64,000 nt of DNA from the human T2T-CHM13v2.0 reference genome, Homo sapiens, in NCBI RefSeq assembly GCF_009914755.1, contig NC_060928.1; one strand, written 5' to 3'. How positions within the stretch are numbered: the stretch's first letter is position 1; each line of letters opens with the position of its first letter. Shown in pieces: positions 14,661-29,315 of the stretch. Below the pieces are notes generated by a model, which did no database searches, was not told where the DNA came from, and saw only the letters and a program-made list of their open reading frames with translations. The translations under genes and the position numbers were made by a program.

Positions 14661-16149
14661 GCTAGATGAGCCATACAGTCTGGGTGAGGCTAAGCCTGAA
14701 GCTAGAATCAGAAGGCACAGACCCAGGGGGAGAAGCTGTGAAGTAGACAGAGCCTGACAGCTCATTCCTTGGCAAACTGACAGAATGAAATCTCAGAGCC
14801 TGCAAAACTGGCAACTAGCTTCTCAACCTCCTCAATGCTACCATCCTTCTGCTTCACCTGAGCAGCTCCTAAAGCGGACATGAGACGCAATCCTTTAATT
14901 AAATCCTCAAATAGCTTCTTTGCCTGACCCACTCCCTCTGAATCCTTGTTCAGCATTACAAGATGAAACAAAAACAAAGAGGTGATTCTGAAGTTCAATC
15001 TGATGTAATTGGGTGCTTTGTTCTTAATTAGAGTGCAAAGTCCTCTTTTTGTAGGCCACTGAGTCTGTGCAGATAATACAGTTTCCTGTTTACTGTTCTA
15101 ATAAAAACTACTTTGCATTATTAAAATAAAAGCACCTTAAAAGCTGACATAGACAGTTTCCAAATGATACATGTAACAGAATCAAATTGTTTTGAAGAGC
15201 TTGTGAATATTTGATTACCAGACATTGCCCTTCTCTTTTTATCTATTGATACATTCAGTCACAATTATAGTCCAGGTACTGTGCTAAGCACGGTCACATG
15301 CTATAGATGGTGTACAATCTCAAAGTCCTGGCCAAGAAATGCAGAAATTCAGCCTTTGCATGTAGTTTAATGAAACTCCCAGGACCCACTCCACTATTGG
15401 ATTTATTTATTTAATGGAAGACTATGTGGAAATCCCTGTTCCATGTCCTCTGGAAGAAACACAGAAATGAAGGTAGAGTTCCAAATGGTAGAGAATAAAC
15501 AACAGGTGGTCTGGGTTTCATTCAAAATGTGAGTCACACTAAAAATGGATAGGATTTTTTTTAAGGGTCACTTCCACTCCAGATTTCAATGTATGTTGCT
15601 CAGAATAAAGTGGGTATTTCATAGCCACCACAATGGCTGTGTATTAAGGCAAAGCTCTATTGAATTGATATTTTTATAAGTATAAACAGCATTTGCAAGG
15701 CTGAGTTGAAGGAGCTAGGAGAGGGACTGGCCTCAAAGCCTTTAAAAGACCCTTAAAAGGCCTTACAGCCTTTTAATATACTCTTGTAGGGTATGTTATC
15801 CCCTAAATACCAGAAGTCTGAAAACCTCTGGGTTATAGTAGAATTATTTCTAAAACAGCAATTTCCAAGGCACATGAATAATATTAAAAATCACTGAAAA
15901 GGATGTGCTAAGCACCCACGTGCAAATTTTTTGGTGGCCAGTCTAAGATGTTTAAAGAAACTTTGGGAGTGATTTGGGAGATAATAGGGGATCATCAGGA
16001 AGAAGTCGAGAGTGTGGCAAGCATAAGAAAGTAGGATGGATATGCAAAGCGAGGCAGTGCGGGATGTGTTGACATAAGGTATAGGTAAGAAGGGTAATAT
16101 AAGACGACAGGCTCAGAAATGAGTCACCAACACCTTGAAAGACTTGAGA

Positions 16150-16462
16150 AGAAAGTAAAGTGTCAAAAGGAATGTCACCCCCCTGGAAAAGCCTTACCAC
16201 AGCAATGTACTTAAAATAACTACCCTAACACTAACATAGCATTCTCCATCCATTTGCACTACTGTCGTTTTCTTCATGATGCTTTTTACTCCATGACATG
16301 ATTTTTTGTGTCATGAATATGTTTGTTTATCTTCTGTTTTCAATTAGAATATAAGACCCATGATGCCAGGAACCTGTTCTTGTTCACTGCTTATCCCCAA
16401 ACCTAGAGCAGTACCTGGTAATAGCAAGTATTCAACAACGTATTTGTTGAATAAATGAATGA
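16150..16462 (+). mobile_element. L2 3' end
   Basis: ttagaatataagacccatga...cctagagcagtacctgg...atttgttgaataaatgaatgaa. Confidence 0.8.
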
Positions 16463-16983
16463 AACCAATGAAGGGATTTGAGAAAGGGATAAGACAGAAT
16501 GCTAGTACAAGTGTCTAGAATAGAGGTGTGATGAATAAAGATGGGGAAGAAGACATCAAAATAAAAGTACAAAAATCAAATAACAGTAAAAACTTTTATC
16601 ATGTATCTTAAAATTTAAGAAGATATATGAGACCCTAAGCACACCCAAAATTCAATCTAAATAGCCTAGAAACATTATTTATAAGCATTAGAGGAAAGAA
16701 TCAAATAATTCTCAAAGAGAAAAACTGGGACCCTTGATACTGAGGAAAAAGGCCTGCAGACTCCAGAAACCCTTTAACTCTTCCCACCCCCAGCTGCAGA
16801 AAGAGGCCTTGAGCAAGTTTCCTTGCTTTGGGGCTCACTGGACCCTCAATGCAAAGTCACACTAGAAGGAGGAACATCAAGTGTCACTTGGAAGCTGTTC
16901 AAGAAAAGAAAGAGAAAACAGTAAAGGAGGGGAGCTTTATAAATCTAGCAACTACGTAGTCCAAAAGGAGAATTTGACTAACC

Positions 16984-17021
16984 CCTCCTCCTCCTCCTCC
17001 TCCTCCTCCTCTTCTTCCTCC
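16984..17021. repeat. (CCT)n trinucleotide repeat
   Basis: Directly visible. Confidence 0.95.
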
Positions 17022-17428
17022 CACCCCTTTGACCTTCAGACAGTGTCTCATTGTTTAGATTATGTTTATCTGAGAAAAGACAAAGCCTCAGCTGTGAGTC
17101 TGTGGTTGTGCACCCCCTAGAACTTATTTTTACCAAATATCTTGGTGCCAGCAGCAGTGATGCTAAGGGTGCTGGTTTAGGCAATAAAGGAGCAACTCGT
17201 GACTCCATCAAGAAGAAAATACATCACAAAGCATCTTCTCCATCAGAGACCTATATTTAATTTGTCTTTAGCTTGTGTGTACTGATTGCCTGGTATTTAT
17301 CGTCTTCAGATCAACAGTATGTACACAGAGCAGAATGTTTCTTTTCTGAAAACTAAATTCAAACACAGATTAATCTGGTAAGAGTAGTTATACCTCTGAA
17401 GAGTGAAGGGGAAATTGAGGGACATTTA

Positions 17429-17769
<341 letters not shown>

Positions 17770-17998
17770 ATTTACTTATTATTTTACACTTTATCTTAGC
17801 CAAAAGGCTGAGAAGTGATACTTATTTTAGAAAGTCTAAAAAAAGGTGAAATTTGTTTAGTTGGCTTGCTTTTTTGGTTCCATTTGATAGTTTCGTAAAT
17901 GCTATTTTGTTAAAGTTTAAAAGTAGTGGATTATGGGTAATGCTTTTTAACTTTTTTTTCCATCTGATGTTTTCTGTATATATGTATATAAAAGCATA

Positions 17999-18805
<807 letters not shown>

Positions 18806-18929
18806 ATCAGGTTGCAGGGGGAAACCATACCATGTTAAAAAAAATGTTGGCTGGCCATTAGGTTAAAAATTGCTTAAAAATACAATTACCAGCCAGGTAT
18901 ATTTCATGGTACTGTATAAATTTTAGCAT

Positions 18930-19150
18930 GGGTATGTCATAATAATAACTAATACATATCACTAACTATGTCCAAAGCACTGTTCTGAGTTTGTTGTTCT
19001 GTGTTTATTTATTTAATCTTTACAGCAACCAGATGAAGAAAGTACTATTATAATCCTTATTTACAGATAAACCAACACTTTCTGGGGAGAAGTTGATTTA
19101 AGTGATTAACAAGTCCATGCCATCCAGAGCCCTACAGTTGGTAACATAGA
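18930..19150 (-). mobile_element. MIR fragment
   Basis: actatgtccaaagcactgttctgag...tttaatctttacagcaacc...tattataatccttatttacagat. Confidence 0.65.
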
Positions 19151-19201
19151 GATGTGATGTGAGACGTCCCAGATTCTTTTTAACTTTCTTTTAATATATG
19201 T

Positions 19202-19317
19202 ATTTTTTTGTTTTAGAGATGGGGTCTCGCTATGTTGCTCGAGCTAGTCTCAAATTCCTGGGCCAAGTGATCCTCCTGAAGTCCTGGGATTATAGGTGTG
19301 AGCCACTGCACCTGGCC
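19202..19317 (-). mobile_element. FLAM / Alu monomer
   Basis: Single Alu arm. Confidence 0.85.
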
Positions 19318-19319
19318 CA

Positions 19320-20625
<1,306 letters not shown>

Positions 20626-21434
20626 CTGAATCTTTTTTAGGACTAAATGTATTTTATATAACAAATGTAAAAGAGCTTATCTAGTTAAGTTAGCAACATG
20701 TACAATGTCATAAAATTTATGTGAATAGTTTCACGTAAAATCTATTTCAAATAAAACCTATTTCAAATAATTGTTTTATTCATTCACACATATAATTCAA
20801 TATTCACCTCAAGTTAACTATGTGCAAGGCACTGTGCCTTCAGTACAAAGATGACTGAGACTCTTCTTGCCCTCATGGAATTCACTGGACTCCATGAAGT
20901 TGGTAGGCAATAAATTACAATAATGTACAGAGATAAATGATAATAAATATGTACACATTTCCATGAGCTCAGGCTCAAGTGAAGGTATTATGAGAGTAAG
21001 GCAGGAGTCTCAGGAGTAGGATTTGATAATCTGCATTTCAAACATGCTCCATAAGTGGTTCTTTGTTTTGTGTTGTTGTTGTGGCTGTTGTTTTAGTTAC
21101 AAGTTTATATGTGAGAACCACTGAGCTAGAATGTAGGAGAACCAACGTGACACAGAAAACGGTGCCTAGGGTCAGGTTATGAAGATTATTTCCTTGAATT
21201 TCATGCTGAAGAGTTTGAATTCAATCTAAGTGGGCAATATAAGGCCATTAGAGGAGTTTTTGAAGGGAAGAAATTTTAAAACTCAAGATCAATGATCTTG
21301 ATAAATGCAGTTCTTCCTACTTCTCAGCTGTTAAAACCGTTGAGGGTATCTGTGTGATTTATCTGATTGGATTTGAATGATGCTTTGACTAAATGTCAAA
21401 GGAGAAAGTAATATTTGTATTTATTGTTCTAGAT

Positions 21435-22100
21435 CAGAAATCAGCAAACATATTCTATTAAAGGATAAAATTTATAGAAGGCCATTGGTTTGGGTTGAGC
21501 TTTTGTACTAGGCCCAACAGACCAAACCAAAATGTAGTCACTCATGCTGAAGTTCCATGCCACCAAGATGAAACCAACATGTTTATCTGAGAAATCCGGA
21601 GGCAGAAAGAGATAACAGCCAATTTTCCAAATAGGCCAGTTTTAGCTGCATGATAAAGAAGTCCCCTCGACTTTAACATTTACAAGGAAAGTAACGTTGA
21701 AATGACGATTCCACTTTTCGCTCTGTTTCTGCTTTTTTCAGCCCCTTTCTGTCTATAAAGCTAAGCTCCTCTGCTCAGCTCATTGGAGCACTTATTCTAT
21801 TTTACAGAATGAGGTTTTATGTGGTTCTAGAATCACAAATAAAACAAATTAGATCTTTAAACTGAATTTGTTGTCATTCTGTTTTTTGACAGGCCAGATA
21901 GTAAATAATTTAGGCTTTACAGGCCACATAGTCTCTGTTATACCTATTCAAATCTGCCTTCATAGAAGGAAAGTAGAAAGCAGCCATATCTTTTACATAT
22001 TTTACATAGAAATGGTGTAGCTGAGATCCAACACAATGTTATTAATAAGATTTGGTGAGTCAGATTTGGCCTATGGGAAGCAGTAGTTTGCCCACCTTGG
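21435..22100 (+). mobile_element. MER58-family hAT element split by an LTR; 8-bp TSD TTCTAGAT
   Basis: cagaaatcagcaaac... / ggccagatagtaaata...gtagtttgcccacc; TTCTAGAT at 21427-21434 and 22101-22108. Confidence 0.8.
21462..21891 (+). mobile_element. ERV1-class solo LTR (LTR47-like; family uncertain)
   Basis: ggccattggtttgg...ctaggcccaacagaccaaaccaaaatg; TATA-like ctataaa; AATAAA near 21838; ends tgaca. Confidence 0.6.
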
Positions 22101-22299
22101 TTCTAGATAATTTCATTTAGTCTAATTGAAAGTTTATAATGCAGTTTAGCTCCAAGATTTTTGGCTCATGGTAGCAATTCCTCCCCAAAATCACGTTTAA
22201 TAGCTTCAGTTTAAATAAACATAAATCTGAAACAAACTAGGATTTTAAAAAATTAGTAAAATCTAGATTGTGGTATATTCTACAAGATAACTGCCCTAG

Positions 22300-22719
<420 letters not shown>

Positions 22720-23433
22720 TAATGCATGAAGCTGTTTGGATCTTGGATCAAAAACAAAAATAAAAAGTTGAAAAAAATCTATGGGACAATTGAGGTGTTT
22801 GAATATGATCTATTTGGATATAATATTGTTGGGATTAGAAAGCAATACTCCCAAATGAAGACCTCAGAAGCAGCCTCAGAAGGAAAAGCATTTCTCTGAC
22901 CTTTTCCTGCTCTCCTGTCCTCAGTCCCATTCTTCCTTGAGGTTAGTTACAGAAATGAGAATCCCTCTTCCCCAAAGAAGGTCATAGAAACCAGAACCCC
23001 TTTTCCTCAAAGCCAGCCATAAAACCTAAAATGTTACTTAACCCTCCCCTCAAACTTTCTTTGTAAAAACTGGTCCTTAAGAAACTATGTGACCAACTTT
23101 GTTTGACTGTAGGTCATAAGACCTCTATTCCAGAGGGGGTCTGGCCCTATACTCAGAAGGAAGGAATGTATTCTCAAAGAGGTCAAGAATATGAACAGAC
23201 AGGCCTTACTGGGTTTTCCCACTCAGTCTATTAGCATCGGATTTTCTCTTTTTGTCCAATCATGTTGAACATAAGCATTAAAATGGACAGTTTCCCCTAT
23301 ATCTTTGGGTCTTCATTCTGAAGGCTCCTGTGTCACCTAAAACCATGATCAAATAAATTCGTATGCCCTTTCTTTTATTAATCTACCTCTTGTCAGTGAT
23401 TATCAGCAAAACTTCAGAAGGCAAAGGGGAAGT

Positions 23434-23887
23434 TTTCATGTGCGTCCGTGTGAAGAGACCGCCAAACAGGCTTTGTGTGAGCAACATGGCTGTTTATTTC
23501 ACCTGGGGGCAGGTGGGCTGAGTCCAAAAAGAGAGTCAGTGAAGGGAGATAAGGGTGGGGCCGTTTTATAGGATTTGGGTAGGTAAAGGAAAATTACAGT
23601 CAAAGGGGGTTTGTTCTCTGGCGGGCAGGAGTGGGGGGTCACAAGGTGCTCAGTGGGGGTGATTTTTGAGCCAAGATGAGCCAGGAAAAGGACTTTCACA
23701 AGGTAATGTCATCACTTAAGGCAAGGACCGGCCATTTTCACTTCTTTCGTGGTGGAATGTCATCAGTTAAGGTGGGGCAGGGCATATTCACTTCTTTTGT
23801 GATTCTTCAGTTACTTCAGGCCATCTGGGCATATACGTGCAAGTCACAGGGGAAGCGATGGCTTGGCTTGGGCTCAGAGGCCTGACA
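23434..23887 (-). mobile_element. HERV-H 3' LTR (LTR7)
   Basis: Minus strand TGTCAGGCCTCTGAGCCCAAGC...CATGAAA, preceded by the PPT; contains AATAAA. Confidence 0.97.
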
Positions 23888-25900
23888 TTCCTGCCTTCTT
23901 ATATTAATAAGAAAAATAAAACAAAATAGTGTCGAAGTGTTGGGGCAGCGAAAATTTTTGGGGGGTGGTATGGAGAGAGAATGGGCGATGTTTCTCAGGG
24001 CTGCTTCAAGCGGGATTAGGGGCGGCGTGGGAACCTAGAGTGGGAGAGATTAAGCTGAAGGGAGGTCTTGTGGTAAGGGGTGATATTGTGGGGATGTTAG
24101 AAGAAACATTTGTCATATAGAATGATTGATGATGGCCTGGATACGGTTTTGTATGAATTGAAAAACTAAATGGAATAACAAAAGGAGAAAAACAGGTATA
24201 AAAGGTCTAAGAATTGGGATGACTCAGGATATCTGATTAGAGACTGCCTAAGGAGATTCAGCATAGTCCTGCCAGCAAAGATTATTTATTTACTTCAAGA
24301 GTTAAGAGTGGCAGTTTGGGGATAGCACCAGGAGATATCAGCTGTGATGGCTTGGAAAAACAGTGTAAACCGGCAGTGTAAACAAGAGCAGGGCATGTAT
24401 GAGTAGTTGAGAACGCTGAATAGGAGTATGACTAGACAGAAGGTAGTAGGGATGACAAGTTTTTTGGGGCACAGTCTAAGTTGGTCTGGTGTCTGGAATG
24501 AGACTGGGACCTAATAAAAAGGAGCGTCTATACAGGAGCTTAAATGGGCTGTATCCTGTAGCATTCCGAGGATAAGCCTGAATTCTGAGAAGGGAAAGTG
24601 GTAAAAGTATTGTCCAATCCTTTTTAAGTTGGTGGCTGAGCTTGGTGAGGTGTGTTTTTAAAAGACCTTTAGTCCATTCTACTTTTCTTGAAGATGGAGG
24701 ACCATAAGGGATATAAAGGTTTCACTGAATACTAAGAGCCTGAAAAACTGCTTGGCTGATTTGACTAATAAAGGCTCATCTGTTATCAGACTGTATTGAG
24801 GTGGGAAGGCTAAACTGAGGAATTATGTCTGACAGAACAGAAGAAATGACTGTGGTGGCCTTCTCAGACCCTGTAGGAAAGGCCTTTACTTATTCAGTGA
24901 AAGTGTCTATTTAGACTACAAGGTATTTTAGTTTCCTGACTTGGGCATGTTGAGTAAAGCTAATTTGCCAGTCCTGGGTGGGGGCAAATCCTTGAGCTTG
25001 ATGTGTAGGGAAGGGAGAGGGCCTGAAGAATCCCTAAGGAGTAGTAGAATAGCAGATGGAACACTGAGAAATTATTTCCTTGAGGATAGATTTCCACGAT
25101 GGAAAGGAAATGAGAGGTTCTAAGAGGCGGGCTAGTGGCTTGTGCTATAGCATAGCCTGCCTTTGCTGGTGTGTGGCGATTAGGCCTGGTGGAACTGCCA
25201 TCAATAAATCAAGCGTGATCAGGGTGAGGAACAGGAAAGAAGGAAATATGGGGAAATGGGGTGAATGTCAGGTGGATCAGAGAGATACAGCCATGGGGGT
25301 CAGGTGTGGTATCAGAAATAATGTGGGAGGCCGGATTGAAGTCCGTGCCAGGAACAATGGTAATTGTGGGAGACTTAACAAAGAGTGAGTACAGCTGAAG
25401 GAGCCGGGAAGCAGAAAGTATATGTGTCAGGTATGAGGAAGAAAATAGATTTTGGAAGTTATGAGAACTGTAGAGAGTGAGTTGAGCATAGTTTGTGATT
25501 TTGAGGGCCTCTAAAAGTATTACAGCAGTGGCAGCTGCTGCACGCAGACATGAGGGCTAGGCTAAAACAGTAAGGTCAAGTTTGGACAGAAAGGCTACAG
25601 GGTGTGGTCCTGGCTCTTGTGTAAGAATTCTGACCGCGCTAACCATGCCTAGGAAGGAAAGGAGTTGTTGTTTTGTAGAAGGTGCTGGGGTTTGAGGGGT
25701 CAGTCGGACACGATTGGCAGGGAGAGCACGTGAGTTTTTATGAGAATTATGCCGAGATAGGTAACAGATGAGGAAGAAATTTGGGCTTGATTGAAGTAAT
25801 GGGGGCTGTCTGTGAAGCTTTGCGGCAGTACAGCCTAGGTAATTTGCTGAGCTTGATGGGTGTCAGGGTCAGTCCAAGTGAAAGCGAAGAGAGGCTGGGA

Positions 25901-26266
25901 TTAAGGGTGCAAAGGAATAGTAAAGAAAGCATGTTTGAGATCTAGAACAGAATAATGGGTTGTAGAGGCAGGTATTGAGGATAGGAGAGTATATGGGTTT
26001 GGCACCGTGGGGTGGATAGGCAAAACAATTTGGTTGATAAGGCGCAGATCCTGAACTAACTTGTAAGGCTTCTCTGGTTTTAGGACAGGTAAAATGGGGG
26101 AATTGTAGGGAGAGTTTATAGGCTTTAAAAGGCCATGCTGTAGCAGGCGAGTGATAACAGGCTTTAATCTTTTTAAAGTGTGCTGCGGGATGGGATATTG
26201 GCGTTGAGTGGGGTAAGGGTGATTAGGTTTTAATGAGATGGTAAGGGGTGCATGATCGGTCACCAA
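25901..26266 (-). pseudogene. pol: HERV-H pol remnant (N-terminal reverse transcriptase)
   Basis: QYPIP...SPYNSPILPVLKP...YKLVQDLRLINQIV...PNPYTLL...VLDLKHAFFTIPLHP. Gammaretroviral RT motif A is LDLKDAFF, so the catalytic D is replaced by H; a stop follows. Confidence 0.92.
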
Positions 26267-26814
26267 GGAGGGAGTAGAGGTATCTTATACTTGTGGGTTA
26301 AGGTGGGGAGATACAAGAGGAGGACACAAAGGAGGCTTTGGATTGGGAAGAAGGGCATCAATGAGATATAGCTGTAGTCCAGGAATAGTCAGGGAAGCAG
26401 ATAATTTAGTTAAAGTGTCTCAGCCTAATAAGGGAACCCGGCAGGTGGGGATAACTAAAAAGGAGTGCTTAAAAGAGTATTGTCTAAGTTGGCACCAGAT
26501 GGGGAGTTTTAAGAGGTTTAGAAGCCTGGCTGTCAATACCCACAACAGTTATGGAGGCAAGGGAAACAGGCCCTTGAAAAGAAGGTAATGTGGAGTGGGT
26601 AGCCTCCATATTGATTAAGAAGGGGATGGGCTTACCTTCCACTGTGAGAGTTACTGGGAGCTTGGCGTCCGTGATGGTCTAGGGGGCTTCCGAGGTGATC
26701 AGGCAGTGTCAGTCTTCAGCCGCTAAGCCGAGAAGATCTGGGAAGGAGTCAGTCAGAGAGCCTTGGGCCAGAGTTCCAGGGGCTCTGGGAGTGGCTGCCA
26801 GGTGAGTTGAACAG

Positions 26815-27330
26815 TCCGATTTTCAGTGGGGTCCCACACAGATGGGATGCGGCTTAATAGGAATCCCAGGCTGCAGGCATTCCTTGGCCTAGTGGCCAGA
26901 TTTCCGGCACGTGTAGCAAGCTCCTGTGGGAGGAGGTTCTGGAGGAACGCCTGGTCGCTGCAGTTCAGGTGTTTGGAAGTTCTTGTGTGCTGGAGATGTG
27001 GCTGGGGTTTGTCTCACAGTGGAGGCAAGGAATTGCAACTTTTTTCTATTATTGTACACCTTGAAGGCGAGGTTAATTAAATCCTGTTGTGGGGTTTGAG
27101 GGCGGGAATTTAATTTTTGGAGTTTTATTTAATGTTGGGAGCAGATTGGGTAATAAAATGTATTTTGAGAATAAGACGGCCTTTTGACTTTTTAGGGTCT
27201 AGGGCTGTAAAGTGTCTCAGGGTTGCTGCCAAACAAGTCATGAACTGGGCTGGATTTTTATATTTGATGAAAAAGAGCCTAAACGCTTCTGATTTGGGAT
27301 GAAGAAAAAGGAGCATTAACCTTGACTATG
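26815..27330 (-). pseudogene. gag: HERV-H gag remnant (capsid C-terminus and nucleocapsid zinc knuckle)
   Basis: KNPAQFM...LDP...GRLIL..HFITQSAPNI; manual translation around 26875-26920 gives CYTCRKSGH*AKEC (CX2CX4HX4C with an in-frame stop). Confidence 0.85.
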
Positions 27331-28021
27331 CCTTTATCTCCAGCCACCTTTTTAAGAGTAAATTGCTGGGCAGGAGGGGGAGGGCTAGTCATGGAACGAA
27401 ACTGTAAGCCAGACCAGGTGTGAGGAGGGGAGATGATAAAAAGATTATAGGGTGGAGGAGCAGAGGCTGAGGAAGAATTGGGACCTAGCTCGGCCTGGCG
27501 AGGAGCAGCCTGGGGAGGAAGGGAGAGGTCAGATGGGTCTGTAGAAAGGGAAGATTAGAAAGACTCAGCGACGCTTGGGGTTGGTACTGAGGGGACAGGC
27601 GGGAGGGACAGAAGGAAGATTTGGGAAGAGTTGCACTGGGCACAGAGACTAGGAAGGGACTGATGTGTAAAAGAATGCCTGGACGTCAGGCACCTCAGAC
27701 CGTTTGCCTATTTTACGGCAAGAATTATTTAGATCTTGCAGGATGGAAAAATTCAAAGTGCCATTTTCTGGCTATTTGGAACTACTGTCGAGTTTGTATT
27801 GGGGTCAAGCGGCATTGCAGAAGAAAATAAGGCATTTAGGTTTTAGGTCAGGTGTGAGTTGAAGAGGTTTTAAGTTTTTGAGAACACAGGCCAAGGGAGT
27901 AGAAGGAGGAATGGAGGGTGGAAGGTTGATGATAATGAAGGAAGCAAGCCTAGAGAAAAGAGAGAGTAGAGAAATGGAGGGAAGGGGTTCGGGGGTTCTT
28001 ACCTTCCAGAAAAGTGGGAAA

Positions 28022-28265
28022 AGGGGTTGGGGCACAGAGATAGGAGGTCAGGGCATGGAAATAAGGGATGGGGTGCAGAAATAAGGGGTTGGGGCACAGA
28101 AATAAGGGATCAGGGCATGGAAATAAGGGATCGGGGCATGGAAATAAGGGATTGGGGTGCAGAGATAAGAGGTCGGGGCACAGAAATAAGGGATTGGGGC
28201 ACAGAGATATAAGAGGTTGGGGCACGGAAATAAGGGATTGGGGTGCAGAGATATGAGGTTGGGGT
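28022..28265. repeat. ~21-bp tandem repeat (ggggcacagaaataagggatt-like) in the HERV-H leader/pre-gag region
   Basis: About 11 degenerate copies visible. Confidence 0.9.
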
Positions 28266-28711
28266 ACTTGCCCCTCTTCTAGAAAAGCGGGACTTGCCGC
28301 TAAGAATGAAGGAGAAGGGGTTGAGGGGTACTTGCCCCTCCCCCAGAAAAGCAGAGAAGGGGTAGACACAAGGAGAGAAGGGGTTGGGGTACTTGCCCCT
28401 TCCCCAGGAAAGCAGGACTTGCTGCTAAGGGTGAAGGACCAAGGCAGGCGTCCCTGCGTGGTCTGGCACCTTTGAAACATGGGTGAATAATGACAGAGGC
28501 GTCCCTGCAATGATTAAACACCAAGGGAAGGCTGCCTTCCCAGTCCGTGACCGGCGCCGGAGTTTTGGGTCCACAGATAAAATGTGTCTCCTTTGTCTCT
28601 CCCAGAAAATGAAAGGAATTGAAATTAAGAGAGGGGAGAGATTGAAGAGTGGAAAGGAGAAAGTGGTTGAGGGACAGTGAGAGAGGTTGGAGAAGAGAGT
28701 AAGAAGAGGCT

Positions 28712-28720
28712 GCTTACCTG
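28712..28720 (-). promoter_or_regulatory. HERV-H major splice donor CAG|GTAAGC
   Basis: Plus-strand gcttacctg, about 145 nt downstream of the 5' LTR, at the position expected for the HERV-H donor. Confidence 0.8.
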
Positions 28721-28843
28721 ATTTAAAATTGATGAGATGTTCCTTGGGCTGGTCAGTCTGAGGACCTGAGGTTGTAGGTGGATCTTTCTCATGGAGCAAA
28801 GAACAGGAGGACAGGGGATTGATCTCCCAAGGGAGGTCCCCCG

Positions 28844-28861
28844 ATCTGAGTCACGGCACCA
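28844..28861 (-). promoter_or_regulatory. tRNA-His primer-binding site
   Basis: TGGTGCCGTGACTCAGAT, one mismatch to the His PBS TGGTGCCGTGACTCGGAT. Confidence 0.92.
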
Positions 28862-28863
28862 AA

Positions 28864-29315
28864 TTTCATGCACATCTGTGTGAAGAGACCACCAAACAGG
28901 CTTTGTGTGAGCAACATGGCTGTTTATTTCACCTGGGTGCAGGTGGGCTGAGTCTGAAAAGAGAGTCAGTGAAGGGAGATAAGGGTGGGGCCGTTTTATA
29001 GGATTTGGGTAGGTAAAGGAAAATTACAGTCAAAGGGGGTTTGTTCTCTGGCGGGCAGGAGTGGGGGTCACAAGGTGCTCAGTGAGGGTGCTTTCTGAGC
29101 CAGGATGAGCCAGGAAAAGGACTTCACAAGGTAATGTCATCACTTAAGGCAAGGACCGGCCATTTGCACTTCTTTCATGGTGGAATGTCATCAGTTAAGG
29201 TGGGGCAGGGCATATTCACTTCTTTTGTGATTCTTCAGTTACTTCAGGCCATCTGGGCGTATATGTGCAAGTCACAGGGGATGTGATGGCTTGGCTTCGG
29301 CTCAGAGGCCTGACA
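28864..29315 (-). promoter_or_regulatory. HERV-H 5' LTR (LTR7), candidate promoter/enhancer
   Basis: TATAAAA at 28994-29000 (minus), adjacent GC/GT box ccccaccc, ACAAAAGA at 29221-29228; activity not demonstrable from sequence. Confidence 0.9.

Larger units (their letters stand above)
23434..29315 (-). mobile_element. HERV-H provirus, common ~5.8-kb internally deleted form
   Basis: Two LTR7s, His PBS, PPT aagaaggcaggaa, gag and pol remnants, 5-bp TSD GAAGT (23429-23433 and 29316-29320). Confidence 0.97.

Noticed and set aside
28022-28265. Regularly spaced repeats superficially like a CRISPR array
   Set aside because: Head-to-tail units without unique spacers, inside an ERV in a primate genome
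27950-28510. 186-aa ORF, the longest in the window
   Set aside because: Low-complexity read-through of the HERV-H leader tandem repeats, with no recognisable domain
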